Assembly: GCA_963722385.1 (NCBI GenBank)
Contig: CAVRKK010000002.1
Span: forward strand, 1,184,001 to 1,248,000
Length of the DNA stretch: 64,000 bases
Direction: 5' to 3'
From: an uncultured bacterium
GTDB taxonomy: Bacteria; Babelota; Babeliae; Babelales; Babelaceae
Shown here: positions 10,346 to 20,489 of the stretch, in pieces
Numbering within the stretch: position 1 is the stretch's first letter
Layout: every line of letters begins with the position of its first letter
Notes under the pieces: generated by a model
Seen by the model: only the letters and a program-made list of their open reading frames with translations
Database searches by the model: none
Told to the model about the DNA's origin: nothing
Translations under genes and position numbers: made by a program

Positions 10346-10786
10346 ATGAATATGAACAAAATATTTTTTCTTAGAACTGAAGATAGAAACCCACGCTGGC
10401 ATGTCATTGATGCTAAAAATAAGGTGGTGGGTCGTCTAGCTACCGAAGTTGCGGACATTTTACGTGGCAAGGTAAAGCCTTCATATACTCCCCATTCGGA
10501 TGCAGGGGACTATGTCGTGGTAATTAATGCTGAAAAGATTGTTTTTACCGGCGATAAGATGAGAGACAAAGAATATGTTTGGTACACCGGTTACATTGGC
10601 GGTCAGAAAAGCCTTACTGCTCGTCAAGTGATGGCAAAAGATCCAGCACGAGTATTCATGCATGCGGTTAAGGGCATGATGGGTTCGACTAAGCTGGGCA
10701 AAGAACAACTTAAAAAGTTGAAAATTTACGCAGGTGCTGAACATCCACATCAAGCCCAAATTGCAACACAAGAGCAAAAAGCTTAA
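10346..10786 (+). CDS. rplM: 50S ribosomal protein L13
   Basis: WHVIDA...GRLAT...LRGK.KP.YTPH.D.GDYVVVINA, HPHQAQ. Confidence 0.97.
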   Translation: MNMNKIFFLRTEDRNPRWHVIDAKNKVVGRLATEVADILRGKVKPSYTPHSDAGDYVVVINAEKIVFTGDKMRDKEYVWYTGYIGGQKSLTARQVMAKDPARVFMHAVKGMMGSTKLGKEQLKKLKIYAGAEHPHQAQIATQEQKA

Positions 10787-10789
10787 AAG

Positions 10790-10963
10790 CTAGGGCATCG
10801 TGCTACCAAGAAATCGTAACAAAATTGATACGACAAAAAGCACGATAAAAATATAGAAAATAATTTTTGCCATGTTGCTTGCGGTAGCAGCAATGCCGCT
10901 GAAGCCTAAAACGCCAGCAACGATAGCGATAATTAAGAAAATTATTGCCCAATTGAGTAACAT
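10790..10963 (-). CDS. DUF1328 (UPF0391/YtjA-like) small membrane protein
   Basis: [39 protein letters not shown] matches the family pattern; AGGAG RBS upstream of 10963. Confidence 0.9.
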   Translation of the reverse strand: MLLNWAIIFLIIAIVAGVLGFSGIAATASNMAKIIFYIFIVLFVVSILLRFLGSTMP

Positions 10964-10997
10964 TTTTCTCCTGATCTCGTTAAGTAATTTTGACACG

Positions 10998-11027
10998 AAC
11001 GGTTCCTGGGTTACTCTAGGAACCGTT
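10998..11027. other. Intergenic stem-loop (possible terminator or mRNA stabiliser)
   Basis: AACGGTTCCT...AGGAACCGTT, a perfect 10-bp inverted repeat just after the stop of 11034..12323. Confidence 0.5.
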
Positions 11028-11033
11028 ATTATT

Positions 11034-12323
11034 TTATTTCAGAAAAAGCCCGAGGTAAACTTGTTCTTGCAGTGGTAATGGTAATTCAGGCACGCGCTCT
11101 AGGATGCCGTGGTATAGTTCTCTCAGGGGTACCTGTTGCCACAAGAGCGATCTGATTTCTTCAAGACGGTTTTGATCAGATGCACGTCTTGGGCGAATCA
11201 TTAAGTGATCGCAAAAATCAATAAGGGATATAATATCGAGTGGCGCAATATAGTTTGATTCAGCGAGTTCGTTAGCGATCTGAATAATAAGTTCAACTAT
11301 TTTTGGCTCACGTCGTGCTATTGCTATTCGCAGACCACGAGTTAAAACAGCATGCCATTGAGACCCTACCGTAAGCCAAGGTTTATTTGCCTTGATGGTG
11401 AATAGTTCAAGAGTAGCGAGGTCTGTATGAAGGATAGCGGTTTGAAACGCATCATAGCGTGTTTCTTCCGTTAAATCCCAATTGTTGGTTAAAAAATCTA
11501 TAAGCTCATGGTTTTGGGTAGCCACGGCCAAGGTGAACGCGTAGTTTAGCAGCTTAATATAGTTTTCATAGGGGATTGCTTGCTGTTGCGCGGCTGAAAT
11601 ATATTCTTGCAGGAGCTTTAAGGCTTTTTTTGTCTTGCCATAAATAATGAAGCCATGGAACTTGAGCATAGTGTTAAATGGTTGAGTGCCAAACTCAGGC
11701 GTTGTGAGAATCCCTTTGGTCATGATGTATTTTAGGAAGGGGATTGTTTTAGGGTCGCTGCTAAAATTAAAATGGGTAAGCAGCCAGACGATCATTGCCG
11801 ACGTATGGGCTGCTTCTCGTGAGCCAGGGGTAGTGCGCATATGATGACGGACAACATAACGGAATAGTGTTGGCATCAGATACGTGATATTATTAAATTC
11901 TATTAACACGATAAAGGCGGTTAGATTTAAGCTCTGCATAAGCGAGGCCAGATTTTCACGCGAAATCTTTGCGCCATATTCAAGAAGCAGACGGGCTGCT
12001 TCAGCCCCATTTTTTTGGAAGACGCACATGAGTGGTGATGGGCAATCAGGCCATTCTTCTAATCCTTGCCATGACTGAGCATTGGCGCCATGCTCAAGAG
12101 CTTGACGTACTTTGTTCTGGTCAATAGGGCTTTCACGCAAGGCATCATAGAGAGCTTTTTGCGCTTCTGTGAGCGAGACGGCAGGCGCCGTGGGTTGTTG
12201 TGGTTTCGTTTCTTCCTCTTCTTCTTCTTCCCCTCGGGCCCGTTTTCGCGGCGGCTCCATGGCGACGACATCGGAAAATAGGCAAAAAGTAAGAAGCAAG
12301 CGCCATAGAAATATATTTTTCAT
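11034..12323 (-). CDS. Secreted ankyrin-repeat-like protein with NLS-like motif
   Basis: Signal peptide ending VVA-ME, then PPRKRAR and poly-E; ankyrin-like [24 protein letters not shown]. Confidence 0.75.
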   Translation of the reverse strand: MKNIFLWRLLLTFCLFSDVVAMEPPRKRARGEEEEEEETKPQQPTAPAVSLTEAQKALYDALRESPIDQNKVRQALEHGANAQSWQGLEEWPDCPSPLMCVFQKNGAEAARLLLEYGAKISRENLASLMQSLNLTAFIVLIEFNNITYLMPTLFRYVVRHHMRTTPGSREAAHTSAMIVWLLTHFNFSSDPKTIPFLKYIMTKGILTTPEFGTQPFNTMLKFHGFIIYGKTKKALKLLQEYISAAQQQAIPYENYIKLLNYAFTLAVATQNHELIDFLTNNWDLTEETRYDAFQTAILHTDLATLELFTIKANKPWLTVGSQWHAVLTRGLRIAIARREPKIVELIIQIANELAESNYIAPLDIISLIDFCDHLMIRPRRASDQNRLEEIRSLLWQQVPLRELYHGILERVPELPLPLQEQVYLGLFLK

Positions 12324-12631
12324 AAAAAACCTCTAATTTAATAATTATATTACTTACGTAGAATATACTACAGAATTAAAGCTCTAATAGTCAATAAAAA
12401 TTTACGATAAGTATCTATTGGATTCAGAGAGTTAATGAATTTTGAAGAGGGCCGGTTTTGCTTGCACCGTTATTAATATTATTTGTTGTTGACGTCAATT
12501 TTTATAAAAGTAATATGAAAAATAGATGATTGATAATGCATGGGGCAAAAGCTTTATTATAAACCCTATTAAAATTTGATGAACACATCATAAGCTATTT
12601 AGGGAACAATACATCAAATAAAGGTCTACAA

Positions 12632-13819
12632 ATGAAATTGAGAAGCTTTATCGTGATCTTGCTTGGCTTGATAGCTTTGTTTACGTTATTTAAGCGATCG
12701 TTGCCTGAGGATGCGCAAGCTACTGCTCAACATATTCTTGATGCCGCTGATATCAAAATTAATGGCCAGCGTTCGTGGGATATTACGGTGCACAATCCTG
12801 CTCTTTATGCGAGAGTTTTGCGTGATGGTTCGCTTGGCTTAGGCGAAGCTTATATGGAGGGCTGGTGGGATTGCTCGGCGCTTGATGAGTTCTTCTTTAA
12901 GCTTTTACGATCGGAAACTGGTGGTCAGGTGGGACTTAATTGGCGGCTGATGTGGGATTTTATGAAAGCAAAGCTCATAAATTTGCAGTCAAGATCGCGC
13001 TCCACCCAGGTGGGCAAGCGGCATTATGACCTTGGTAACGATCTCTTTAAGGCTATGCTTGATAATCGCATGATCTATTCCTGTGCTTATTGGCCCAAGG
13101 CTCGCTCGCTTGATCAGGCACAAGAGAAAAAGCTCGATCTAATCTGTAAAAAGCTCGACCTTAAGCCCGGCATGAAGGTGCTTGATATTGGTTGTGGCTG
13201 GGGAGGTTTTGCCCGCTATGCTGCAGAGAAATATGGGGTTGAAGTTGTTGGTATCACCATATCGAAAGAACAGGTCGCCCATGGGCAGGATTATTGCAAA
13301 GACCTGCCTGTCGCGATACGAATGCAAGACTACCGAAACTTGAATGAGATATATGACCGCATTGTTAGTGTTGGGATGTTCGAGCACGTCGGGACTGATA
13401 ATTATAAAACGTTTATGGACATAGCCGCTCGCTGTCTTAAAGATGATGGGCTATTCTTACTGCATACGATAGGTGGCAATAGCTCAACGACGATTCCAGA
13501 TGCCTGGATTAACACGTATATTTTCCCCAATGGCATGCTTCCTTCTATGAAACAAATAACCGAGGCTGCCGAAGGAACTTTTATCATCGAGGATTGGCAT
13601 AATTTTGGGCCTGATTACGATAAAACGTTAATGGCTTGGTTTGACCGTTTTGATAAGTCGTGGCCCATGCTTAAGTCACACTATGACGAGCGCTTTTATC
13701 GTATGTGGAAGTACTATCTCCTGTCATGTGCTGGGTTATTTAGAGCCCGCGGTGCACAATTGTGGCAAATAGTGCTTTCTAAAAAGGGAAAACTCGGGGG
13801 CTACCTACCCGTCAGATAA
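12632..13819 (+). CDS. cfa: Cyclopropane-fatty-acyl-phospholipid synthase
   Basis: GSLGLGEAYMEGWW, HYDLGN, YSCAYW, VLDIGCGWG, YIFPNG, RMWKYYL; extra N-terminal hydrophobic segment. Confidence 0.95.
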   Translation: MKLRSFIVILLGLIALFTLFKRSLPEDAQATAQHILDAADIKINGQRSWDITVHNPALYARVLRDGSLGLGEAYMEGWWDCSALDEFFFKLLRSETGGQVGLNWRLMWDFMKAKLINLQSRSRSTQVGKRHYDLGNDLFKAMLDNRMIYSCAYWPKARSLDQAQEKKLDLICKKLDLKPGMKVLDIGCGWGGFARYAAEKYGVEVVGITISKEQVAHGQDYCKDLPVAIRMQDYRNLNEIYDRIVSVGMFEHVGTDNYKTFMDIAARCLKDDGLFLLHTIGGNSSTTIPDAWINTYIFPNGMLPSMKQITEAAEGTFIIEDWHNFGPDYDKTLMAWFDRFDKSWPMLKSHYDERFYRMWKYYLLSCAGLFRARGAQLWQIVLSKKGKLGGYLPVR

Positions 13820-13844
13820 GAAAGCTGTCATAACTGCCAAAGAT

Positions 13845-14957
13845 TTATCTGGGCGCTAAGTAACCAAAAATGTGCTTAAGATCTTTCATGCTCAAATAAG
13901 CTACGAGCAAGAGAATAGCAATCCAGCTTACATAATGAATTCCCATACGAACGTTTTCGGGTAGCGGTCGACCAGCAAGAGCTTCAATGGTGTAAAAAAC
14001 TATTTGGCCGCCATCGAGTATGGGAAGTGGTATAAGATTAAGGATTGCTAAGTTAATACTAATAAGTATGAGGAGAAAAAGCCAGGCCTTGAATCCTTGT
14101 TGGGCGCTTTGCGTTATTTGCGAGATAATCAAGAGGGGTCCGCCCATCCCAGCGGTGCTTTTTTGACGAAAAATAGCGATAAAGCCTAATGCAGTAGCTT
14201 TAATAAGACGGTTGGTCTCAGCAATGCCTGAGGAGAGCGCTTGGCCGATGCCTTGGCGGGGAAGATCCTGGGATTTGAATTTGCTTATGCCGAGTTTGCC
14301 TCTCGCTTCTTGGCCCTGGCCGATAGAGTCAAGGTGCACGGGCAATGAAAGCTGCTGGCTATCTCGAATAATACCGAGCGTTACTTGTTTGTTGGGCGAT
14401 GATCGTATGTGGGAAAGCAAGCTGCCCAGATTATTACGAATATTCTGACCATCAAACGTGACCAAAGTGTCACCAGAATGCAGTCCTGCTTGTGCTGCCG
14501 CGCTATTTTCTTCTACGGTCTCGATTATCGTTGTAGGCTTGGGAGCGCCCAGCGCATAAAGTAAGATGAAAGCGATATAAGCAAATAATAGGTTGAACAA
14601 AATGCCACCGAACATGATGAGCATTTTTTGATAATAAGGCTTTACGGCAAAAGACCCCTCGTCCTGCCGGTGGGCTTCTTTTTGTTCCCCTTGGCCGACC
14701 TCAGCAGCGCCTGCCATTTCAACATACCCACCAAGCGGGATGGCTGAGATACGAAACATGGTATCGCCTAATTTCTTTTGAATGATAGCGGGACCAAAGC
14801 CCAATGAGAAGGAGGGCGTGCTAACTCCAAACACTTTGGCAAAAAAGAAATGGCCGAGCTCATGAAAGCCAATTAAAAAGCCAATGCCAATAATACCTGC
14901 TAAAACATAATACAGGGTGCTAAAAAGCGAGAGAATCGAGGTGCTTTGAACTGCCAT
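13845..14957 (-). CDS. rseP: Site-2 intramembrane zinc metalloprotease with PDZ domain
   Basis: HELGH, IPLGGYV, PDZ-like SAAAQAGL..GD, NLIPLPILDGG. Confidence 0.92.
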   Translation of the reverse strand: MAVQSTSILSLFSTLYYVLAGIIGIGFLIGFHELGHFFFAKVFGVSTPSFSLGFGPAIIQKKLGDTMFRISAIPLGGYVEMAGAAEVGQGEQKEAHRQDEGSFAVKPYYQKMLIMFGGILFNLLFAYIAFILLYALGAPKPTTIIETVEENSAAAQAGLHSGDTLVTFDGQNIRNNLGSLLSHIRSSPNKQVTLGIIRDSQQLSLPVHLDSIGQGQEARGKLGISKFKSQDLPRQGIGQALSSGIAETNRLIKATALGFIAIFRQKSTAGMGGPLLIISQITQSAQQGFKAWLFLLILISINLAILNLIPLPILDGGQIVFYTIEALAGRPLPENVRMGIHYVSWIAILLLVAYLSMKDLKHIFGYLAPR

Positions 14958-15082
14958 TTGAAGAGCTCCTTGCTAGAGTATTCTATTAAGCTATATCAAC
15001 ATAAGGACGCTTATATGATACCTAAGTAGGCAAGGTACATCAAGTTTAGCATGATTTTTCAGATAATTTTTATAATTAACGC

Positions 15083-15340
15083 TTATATTTTAGGTGCAAC
15101 CAGGTTAAATACTGAAAGAGCTTGCTCGATACTTTCTTTTGCTGCCGCTAGATCGGGTATGTAAAAATAAGTATCTGGATAACGGCTGCCATGCACATAT
15201 GGGTTTAATTCAGTAGCTATATCTAATACGATGCTAAATTCGCTATCCAGCTCTATACAGGATTTTACCAAGGCGATAAGGTCGTGAGTTTTTTGAGGGT
15301 TTTTTCCATTGGTATGTAGCTTTTAAACAGCTTCTTGGCT
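15083..15340 (-). pseudogene. Truncated HEPN gene (paralog of 6640..7026)
   Basis: QKTHDLIALVKSC...LNPYVHGSRYP; N-terminus frameshifted or lost; no MNT partner. Confidence 0.75.
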
Positions 15341-15360
15341 CTAATACTGCAGGAACGAGC

Positions 15361-17164
15361 TTAGGAGGGCAGCTCCTCTAACGTAGGAATTATTGCAAGA
15401 ACAGTAATTAGTGGTACTGCTGCCTTATCCCAAGAATGAACAATTTTTTCATGTAGTCTTGGTGGTTTTAAAGATCGTCTACTGATGATTTGTTGTCAAA
15501 ATTAACACTTGCGGTAGCACGATGCTGATATTGGCGGTACTTATAGAATAACAGAAGAGCACCTACGGTGGCTGCTGTTAAAACAGTAAGGCCAAGGGGA
15601 ATACCTACGGTAGTACCTATAATTACTCCGAGAGGTAAACTGCTACTTGATCCATCACCATCGCCCTGCGAGCTTCCGAGTAAGATTGGTATGAGTGATA
15701 CATCATTTGAAAAGAGGTTAGCTGTTAGTACGTAAATGCCACTTGGTGAAAAGGTGATGCTGACACAGTGGGTTGAGTTAGGGGGAAGTGAAGATGTTGC
15801 TGCTTGCTGTAGTGTACCTCCCGTAGCATTAAAGAAGGTAACACTGCTTGAATTGCTATTAGCTACAGCGAGATACTGACCATTTAATGAAGAAGCAATA
15901 GACTGGGATTCATTGTATTCTGTGGTAGCAGATAGGAACTACCGTCAGCAAGAGTGTCATTGTTCACTGTAAAGATTGTTACATCATTTGATGCACTATT
16001 AGCAGTTGCAAGATAGAGGTTGTTATTGTTAGCAAAAAAAGTAATTGATTGCGGCTCTGTAGACCCTGCTGGAAGAGCATGTGAAAGAGCATTGCTTAAA
16101 GTGCCTGCCGTTACCTTAAAGAGTGTTACATCGCTTGAATGTGCATTTGCTGTTGCAAGATATATCCCTTTTGGAGAAAAAGAAAGGCCGACAGGATATA
16201 AAGATCCTGCAGGTAATGGATAAGAAAGAGCACTTTGTAAAGATCCTTCTACGACGTTAAATACAGTTACATCGTTTGAATCGCTGTTGGCTACTGCAAG
16301 ATAAAAATCGTTGGGTGCAAATTCTACTGAAGCTGGTTTTGTTGACCCTGCGGGTAAGGTATACGAAGTACCTGCCACGAGTGCATCATTTACTAAGGCG
16401 AAGAGTGTTATATCGTGTGAATTGCTATTGGCAGTTGCAACATAGGAATTATTAGTTGAAAAAGCAATGGAAGAGGGATTAAGTGATCCTGAAGGTAGTT
16501 TATAGGATATTCCTGATACAGAAGAAGTACTGTTCATAGTAAACAAGGTTACATCGCTTGAGTTATAGTTTGCTGTTGCAAAATGCTTATTATCAGATGC
16601 AAATGCTATTGAATCAGGCTGTGTAGAGCCTGGTGGTAAGGGGTAAGAAATTTTGGTGGTTTGTTCCACTTGAAATATTGTTACATTGTTTGAGCCGTAA
16701 TTAGCAGTGGCAAGATATGAACCGTCGGGCGAATAGGCTACTGAGGAAGGCTCACTAGAACCGCTTGGCAATGCATATGACACTGCTCCCGATAAAACTT
16801 CTCCTGCTCCAACCTGGAATATTGCTACATTTGAGTAATTAGCAGTAGCAAGATATGAACCATCGGGCGAAAAGGCTACTGAGCAAGGCAAGCTAGAATC
16901 GCTTGGCAATGCATACGACACTGTCCCTGATAACACACCTCCTGCTCCAACCTGGAATATTGTTACATTGGCTGAGTTTTCATTAGCAGTGGCAAGATAT
17001 GAACCATCGGGTGCAAATGCGACTGAATAAGGCTCGCCAGAACCACTTGGTAACGCATAAGAGGATGCTTCTGATAAAGTTACCGCGTTGGTATGGATGC
17101 TTGTTAAAATGGTCAGAATTGCGCTGAGCAGAAGAGTGTAAAAATGACCTGTGTGTAATGACAT
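15361..17164 (-). pseudogene. Beta-propeller (WD40/lactonase-like) repeat surface protein with C-terminal TM anchor, split by one frameshift
   Basis: Signal peptide and ~47-aa repeats SYxLPxGSxxPxSxAFSPDGxYLATAN; 1-nt frameshift at GGG 15905-15907, after which another frame continues with two more repeats, GVIIGTTVGIPLGLTVLTAATVGALLLFYKYR and a stop at 15361. Confidence 0.8.
16670..17065 (-). repeat. Three near-identical ~140-bp tandem repeat units in the propeller gene
   Basis: Recurring DNA such as GCAAGATATGAACC, CTTGGCAATGCATA and CTCCTGCTCCAACCTGGAATATTG. Confidence 0.8.
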
Positions 17165-17403
17165 ATATTATCAGCCCCCATATTTTTTGAATTTTTAAGT
17201 CAGCAAAGAGCATAAATGACATTTAAGATATTTGCAATCTACATTCTGCGGGGTCTACATTTATCCTCTTCAAAAATGGTATTTGAAATGTTTAACGAGC
17301 TTCTTTTGCTAGTATACGGGTCTGTGGTGCCACGATAGCCTTGCCGATTGACTTTAGGCGTATTATATTATTCATAAATGTTTAAATTAAGGCGGGATCT
17401 TTT

Positions 17404-18507
17404 GTGTTTATTAATAGCTATTATTTTTTATGCTTTACTATAGTAAGCGGCTTGAGTGTAAGTCTCTATGGTATGGAACATGACAATGTAAGCTTTGTTG
17501 GTACAGAAAACAGGTCAAGCCAAGCGGATGATAATTTGCAAACTATTATCCGTGCTTTCGAGCTATTTGATTGGCCCGATTGCGCCATAAAGCTTTTCCA
17601 AGGTGAGGCTGATGAAGCAAAAAAATGTGTGATAAGAGATATTATTTTCTTTACCGCTGTACGCAACGGACATCTGCGCACCGTTGAGGCCCTTTTAAAA
17701 CTTGGGGCACAAGCGAATGGTTGTGATGAATTTGGTAATAGCGCTGTAAAACTAGCAGAACAGTCTGGAAATAGCGAAGTAATGGTACTTCTTGCTAATT
17801 CTCTAGCAGCAGGCGACTCTGGAGAGCATACTCAAAGTTCAGACAGCTGCCCTGTTACGCCTATTGCCACACACCCGGGGCAGTCAATGCTTGATCTGTC
17901 CTCGCTGAAATTAAGTGAGCTTGATCGTAAAGCATTGGAGTTTTTTGATTGGCCCAATACAGTGCGGTTCCTCATTGAAAATGAAAAGTGTTTGTATAGA
18001 AAAAAGATATTAACATTATTTATATTCTTTACGGCGGCATCTAATGGCCATATTGAAACAGTAAAATTCCTGCTTCTTGCAGGGCTCGATGGTAATATTG
18101 CCGACGACAATGGGGATACGGTGCTCCATAAAGCGGCAGGAGGAGGACATTACGAACTCGTGAAGCTTCTGCTTTGCTCTGGTGTGCGAGCGAGTGAGAT
18201 AAACTACAATGGTCAAACACCTCTTGAGCTAAGCTTGGCTCGGGGGCGAGGAACCGAGATTAATCAGCTTCTTCGGAGCTCGGGCGCTTTGACAAGTGAA
18301 GAGCTCGCAAGAGAAATGACTGATTTAACGACAAGAAAGTTAAGGTTGCCTCTTTTGCCGCCGATAACTGTCGACTTAACCGAGCAGCTCGATTTGCTTG
18401 ACGAAGTCATAGATGTGATTGAGGTGTTTGAGGCTTCTAATGCTTCTGAGCCTATCGCCTCGTCTCGAGAGCAAGACTTAGGGAATGCGTATATTTACGT
18501 GGATTAG
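17404..18507 (+). CDS. Secreted ankyrin-repeat protein
   Basis: Signal peptide ending LYG-ME; AVRNGHLRTVEALLKLGA, GDTVLHKAAGGGHYELVKLLL, GQTPLELS. Confidence 0.88.
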   Translation: MFINSYYFLCFTIVSGLSVSLYGMEHDNVSFVGTENRSSQADDNLQTIIRAFELFDWPDCAIKLFQGEADEAKKCVIRDIIFFTAVRNGHLRTVEALLKLGAQANGCDEFGNSAVKLAEQSGNSEVMVLLANSLAAGDSGEHTQSSDSCPVTPIATHPGQSMLDLSSLKLSELDRKALEFFDWPNTVRFLIENEKCLYRKKILTLFIFFTAASNGHIETVKFLLLAGLDGNIADDNGDTVLHKAAGGGHYELVKLLLCSGVRASEINYNGQTPLELSLARGRGTEINQLLRSSGALTSEELAREMTDLTTRKLRLPLLPPITVDLTEQLDLLDEVIDVIEVFEASNASEPIASSREQDLGNAYIYVD

Positions 18508-18540
18508 CAGCACTGTCCTTACGGTGCTCTAACCCAAATA

Positions 18541-18714
18541 GGGGTCTGTCAAGAAGTTTGTGTAAACGGACTAATATCATAAAGCAAGCTTACTCTCGAA
18601 GTGAACAGCAAACTGCATTAATGCCAGCCCCCAATTCTGTATCGGCCTAGTCTATCTCCGTGAGGCATTTTTTAATGCAAGATATATTTGTTTGAGAGCT
18701 GCCTCATCTGATGG
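18541..18714 (-). mobile_element. IS256-family remnant (transposase C-terminus plus terminal repeat)
   Basis: Minus strand PSDEAALKQIYLALKNASRR*TRPIQNWGLALMQFAVHFE, followed by TTTACACAAACTTCTTGACAGACCCC. Confidence 0.8.
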
Positions 18715-18831
18715 TTTTCTCAATGTTGCGATGGTAGTCCAGGCCCTAAAGTCCTGTGGCTTGGCTTTCGAGCTTTATCGTACATTACTCAAACTTACCT
18801 TATCTTCCACTTTAAAGGTAGGTAAAGGATT
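18714..18831 (+). mobile_element. IS4-family (IS50/Tn5-like) transposase C-terminal remnant
   Basis: GFL..DGSPGPKVLWLGFRAL resembles the 'GFxxRKxDGxPGxKxLWxG' dimerisation domain; ends GGTAGGTAAAGGATTG. Confidence 0.6.
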
Positions 18832-18873
18832 GACTGAAGTCGAGGGCTTCTAGCTTCAGGTAAAAGCAAGCTG

Positions 18874-19150
18874 TTAGTTAATAAGCTGAGTGTGTTCGTC
18901 CACCCTATGATGAGAAAAGTATCTTTTAAGAAAGAATGCAGCACAGGCCATGGCTGTTATAAAAGCTACCCCACTGCTAACGCTGATTCCTATTATACAA
19001 TCAGTGTTGCATAATGTATTGTCCGAGCTACCTTGTTGTTGTAAAGTTGCTATAGTAACGCTACCTAAGGTCTCATCACCAGACTGATATGATCCGGCAG
19101 CAGCAAGATATGCTCCGTTAGGTGAAAATGCTACTGAATTAGGATTTAAG
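18874..19150 (-). pseudogene. 3' remnant of a second propeller-plus-TM surface protein
   Basis: LNPNSVAFSPNGAYLAAAG...CIIGISVSSGVAFITAMACAAFFLKRY...*; no start codon. Confidence 0.7.
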
Positions 19151-19170
19151 GCCGTGTTATTTCAACAGGG

Positions 19171-20417
19171 CAGGGCCGGCTCACTTAAAAAATTAAAAAA
19201 CTAAGATATAATGGTTCTCAAAAAAAACCGGGAGAACCAAGATGGAAGACAGAAATATTAGTTTTTTGGATTATATAGGTGAGCTAGAAGACCCAAGAAT
19301 TGAAAGAGGAAAACTGTATTCAATGGCAGATATTCTTTTTTTAACTCTGGTAGGGGTTATAAGTGGGTGCGAGGGTTGGAAAGATATCGAATACTACGGA
19401 AAAGCTCGATTAGACGTACTTAAAAAGTATCTACCATTTGAAAATGGGGTACCAAGCGATGATACGTTAAGGAGATTTTTTAGAGCACTTGATCCTAATG
19501 AGTTTTCTAAAATATTTGTAAAATGGGTAAGCGATTTAGTAGCATCAGTAAGGGATAACAGAGACACTGATGATGCAAGAACAGTAGCCATAGATGGGAA
19601 AGTGACAAAAAGAAGCTTTGATCAGGGTGAAACAGAAGATAAAGAGCCTCTTTATCTAGTCAATGCATTTGCGACAGATGTTAGAATGGTCCTTTGTCAA
19701 AAAAAGGTAGAAGGAAAATCGAATGAAATAACGGCTATCCCGCAGCTCTTGGACTTAATTGATATCTGCGGTGCGATAGTGACGATTGATGCAATAGGGA
19801 CCCAGAAAAAAATTGCTCAAAAGATTATTGACAAAAAAGGGGATTATTTGCTTAATGTAGGGCAATCAAGGTGATCTTCTTGAAGAAATAAAAACTTTCT
19901 TTGAAATAGAAAGCGAATCAAAGTATATCAATATTAAGCATGATACATTTTCAGAAACAGAAAAAGGGCATGGTCGAATTGAGATCAGGACTTGTACAAC
20001 AACCGATCAAATAGGCTGGCTTTCTAAAAAAAATGATTGGGTCTCACTAAAGAGCATTGCCTGTATACAATCAGAGCGATTGATTGGTAAGAATAAGACT
20101 ATAGAAAAACGTTACTACATAACAAGTATTCCTGCATCAGCAGAAAGAATATTGCGCGCCGCAAGAAGTCACTGGTTAATAGAGAATTCGATGCATTGGG
20201 TACTCGATGTTTGCTTTAATGATGATCAATCGAGAATTCAAAAAGGTAATGCTCCTCAAAATGTAGCGACCATCAAAAGTTTGGCGCTTAACTTGCTCAA
20301 ACGAGCCCAGCCATTGGTTGATAAATACATCAGTATCAAATGTCTTCGAAAGCTGTCTTGCTGGCAACCTAGCACTTTGGAATTAATTGTCAATCAAATT
20401 TAGATGAGCCGGCCCTG
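19171..20417 (+). mobile_element. ISAs1-family insertion sequence, full length, transposase frameshifted
   Basis: Inverted repeats CAGGGCCGGCTCA / TGAGCCGGCCCTG; 10-bp direct repeat TTCAACAGGG at 19161-19170 and 20418-20427; DPR, AIDGK, KSNEITAIP, HWLIENSMHWVLDV; frameshift near 19858. Confidence 0.95.
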
Positions 20418-20489
20418 TTCAACAGGGTTACTTCCTGGTAAACCTAATGTTAAATTACTAGCATTACCAATTAAGTAGATGTTATCCAT
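20400..20489 (-). pseudogene. Small ORF with lasso-peptide-precursor architecture, interrupted by ISAs1
   Basis: AAAGGAGA RBS; MDNIYLIGNASNLTL-GLPGSNPVE, then IS-derived QGRLI*; the pre-insertion frame continues ITR at the left junction. Confidence 0.55.

Noticed and set aside
16670..17065. Regularly spaced DNA repeats as a possible CRISPR array
   Set aside because: Units are ~140 bp, in-frame coding repeats with no unique spacers; no cas genes nearby
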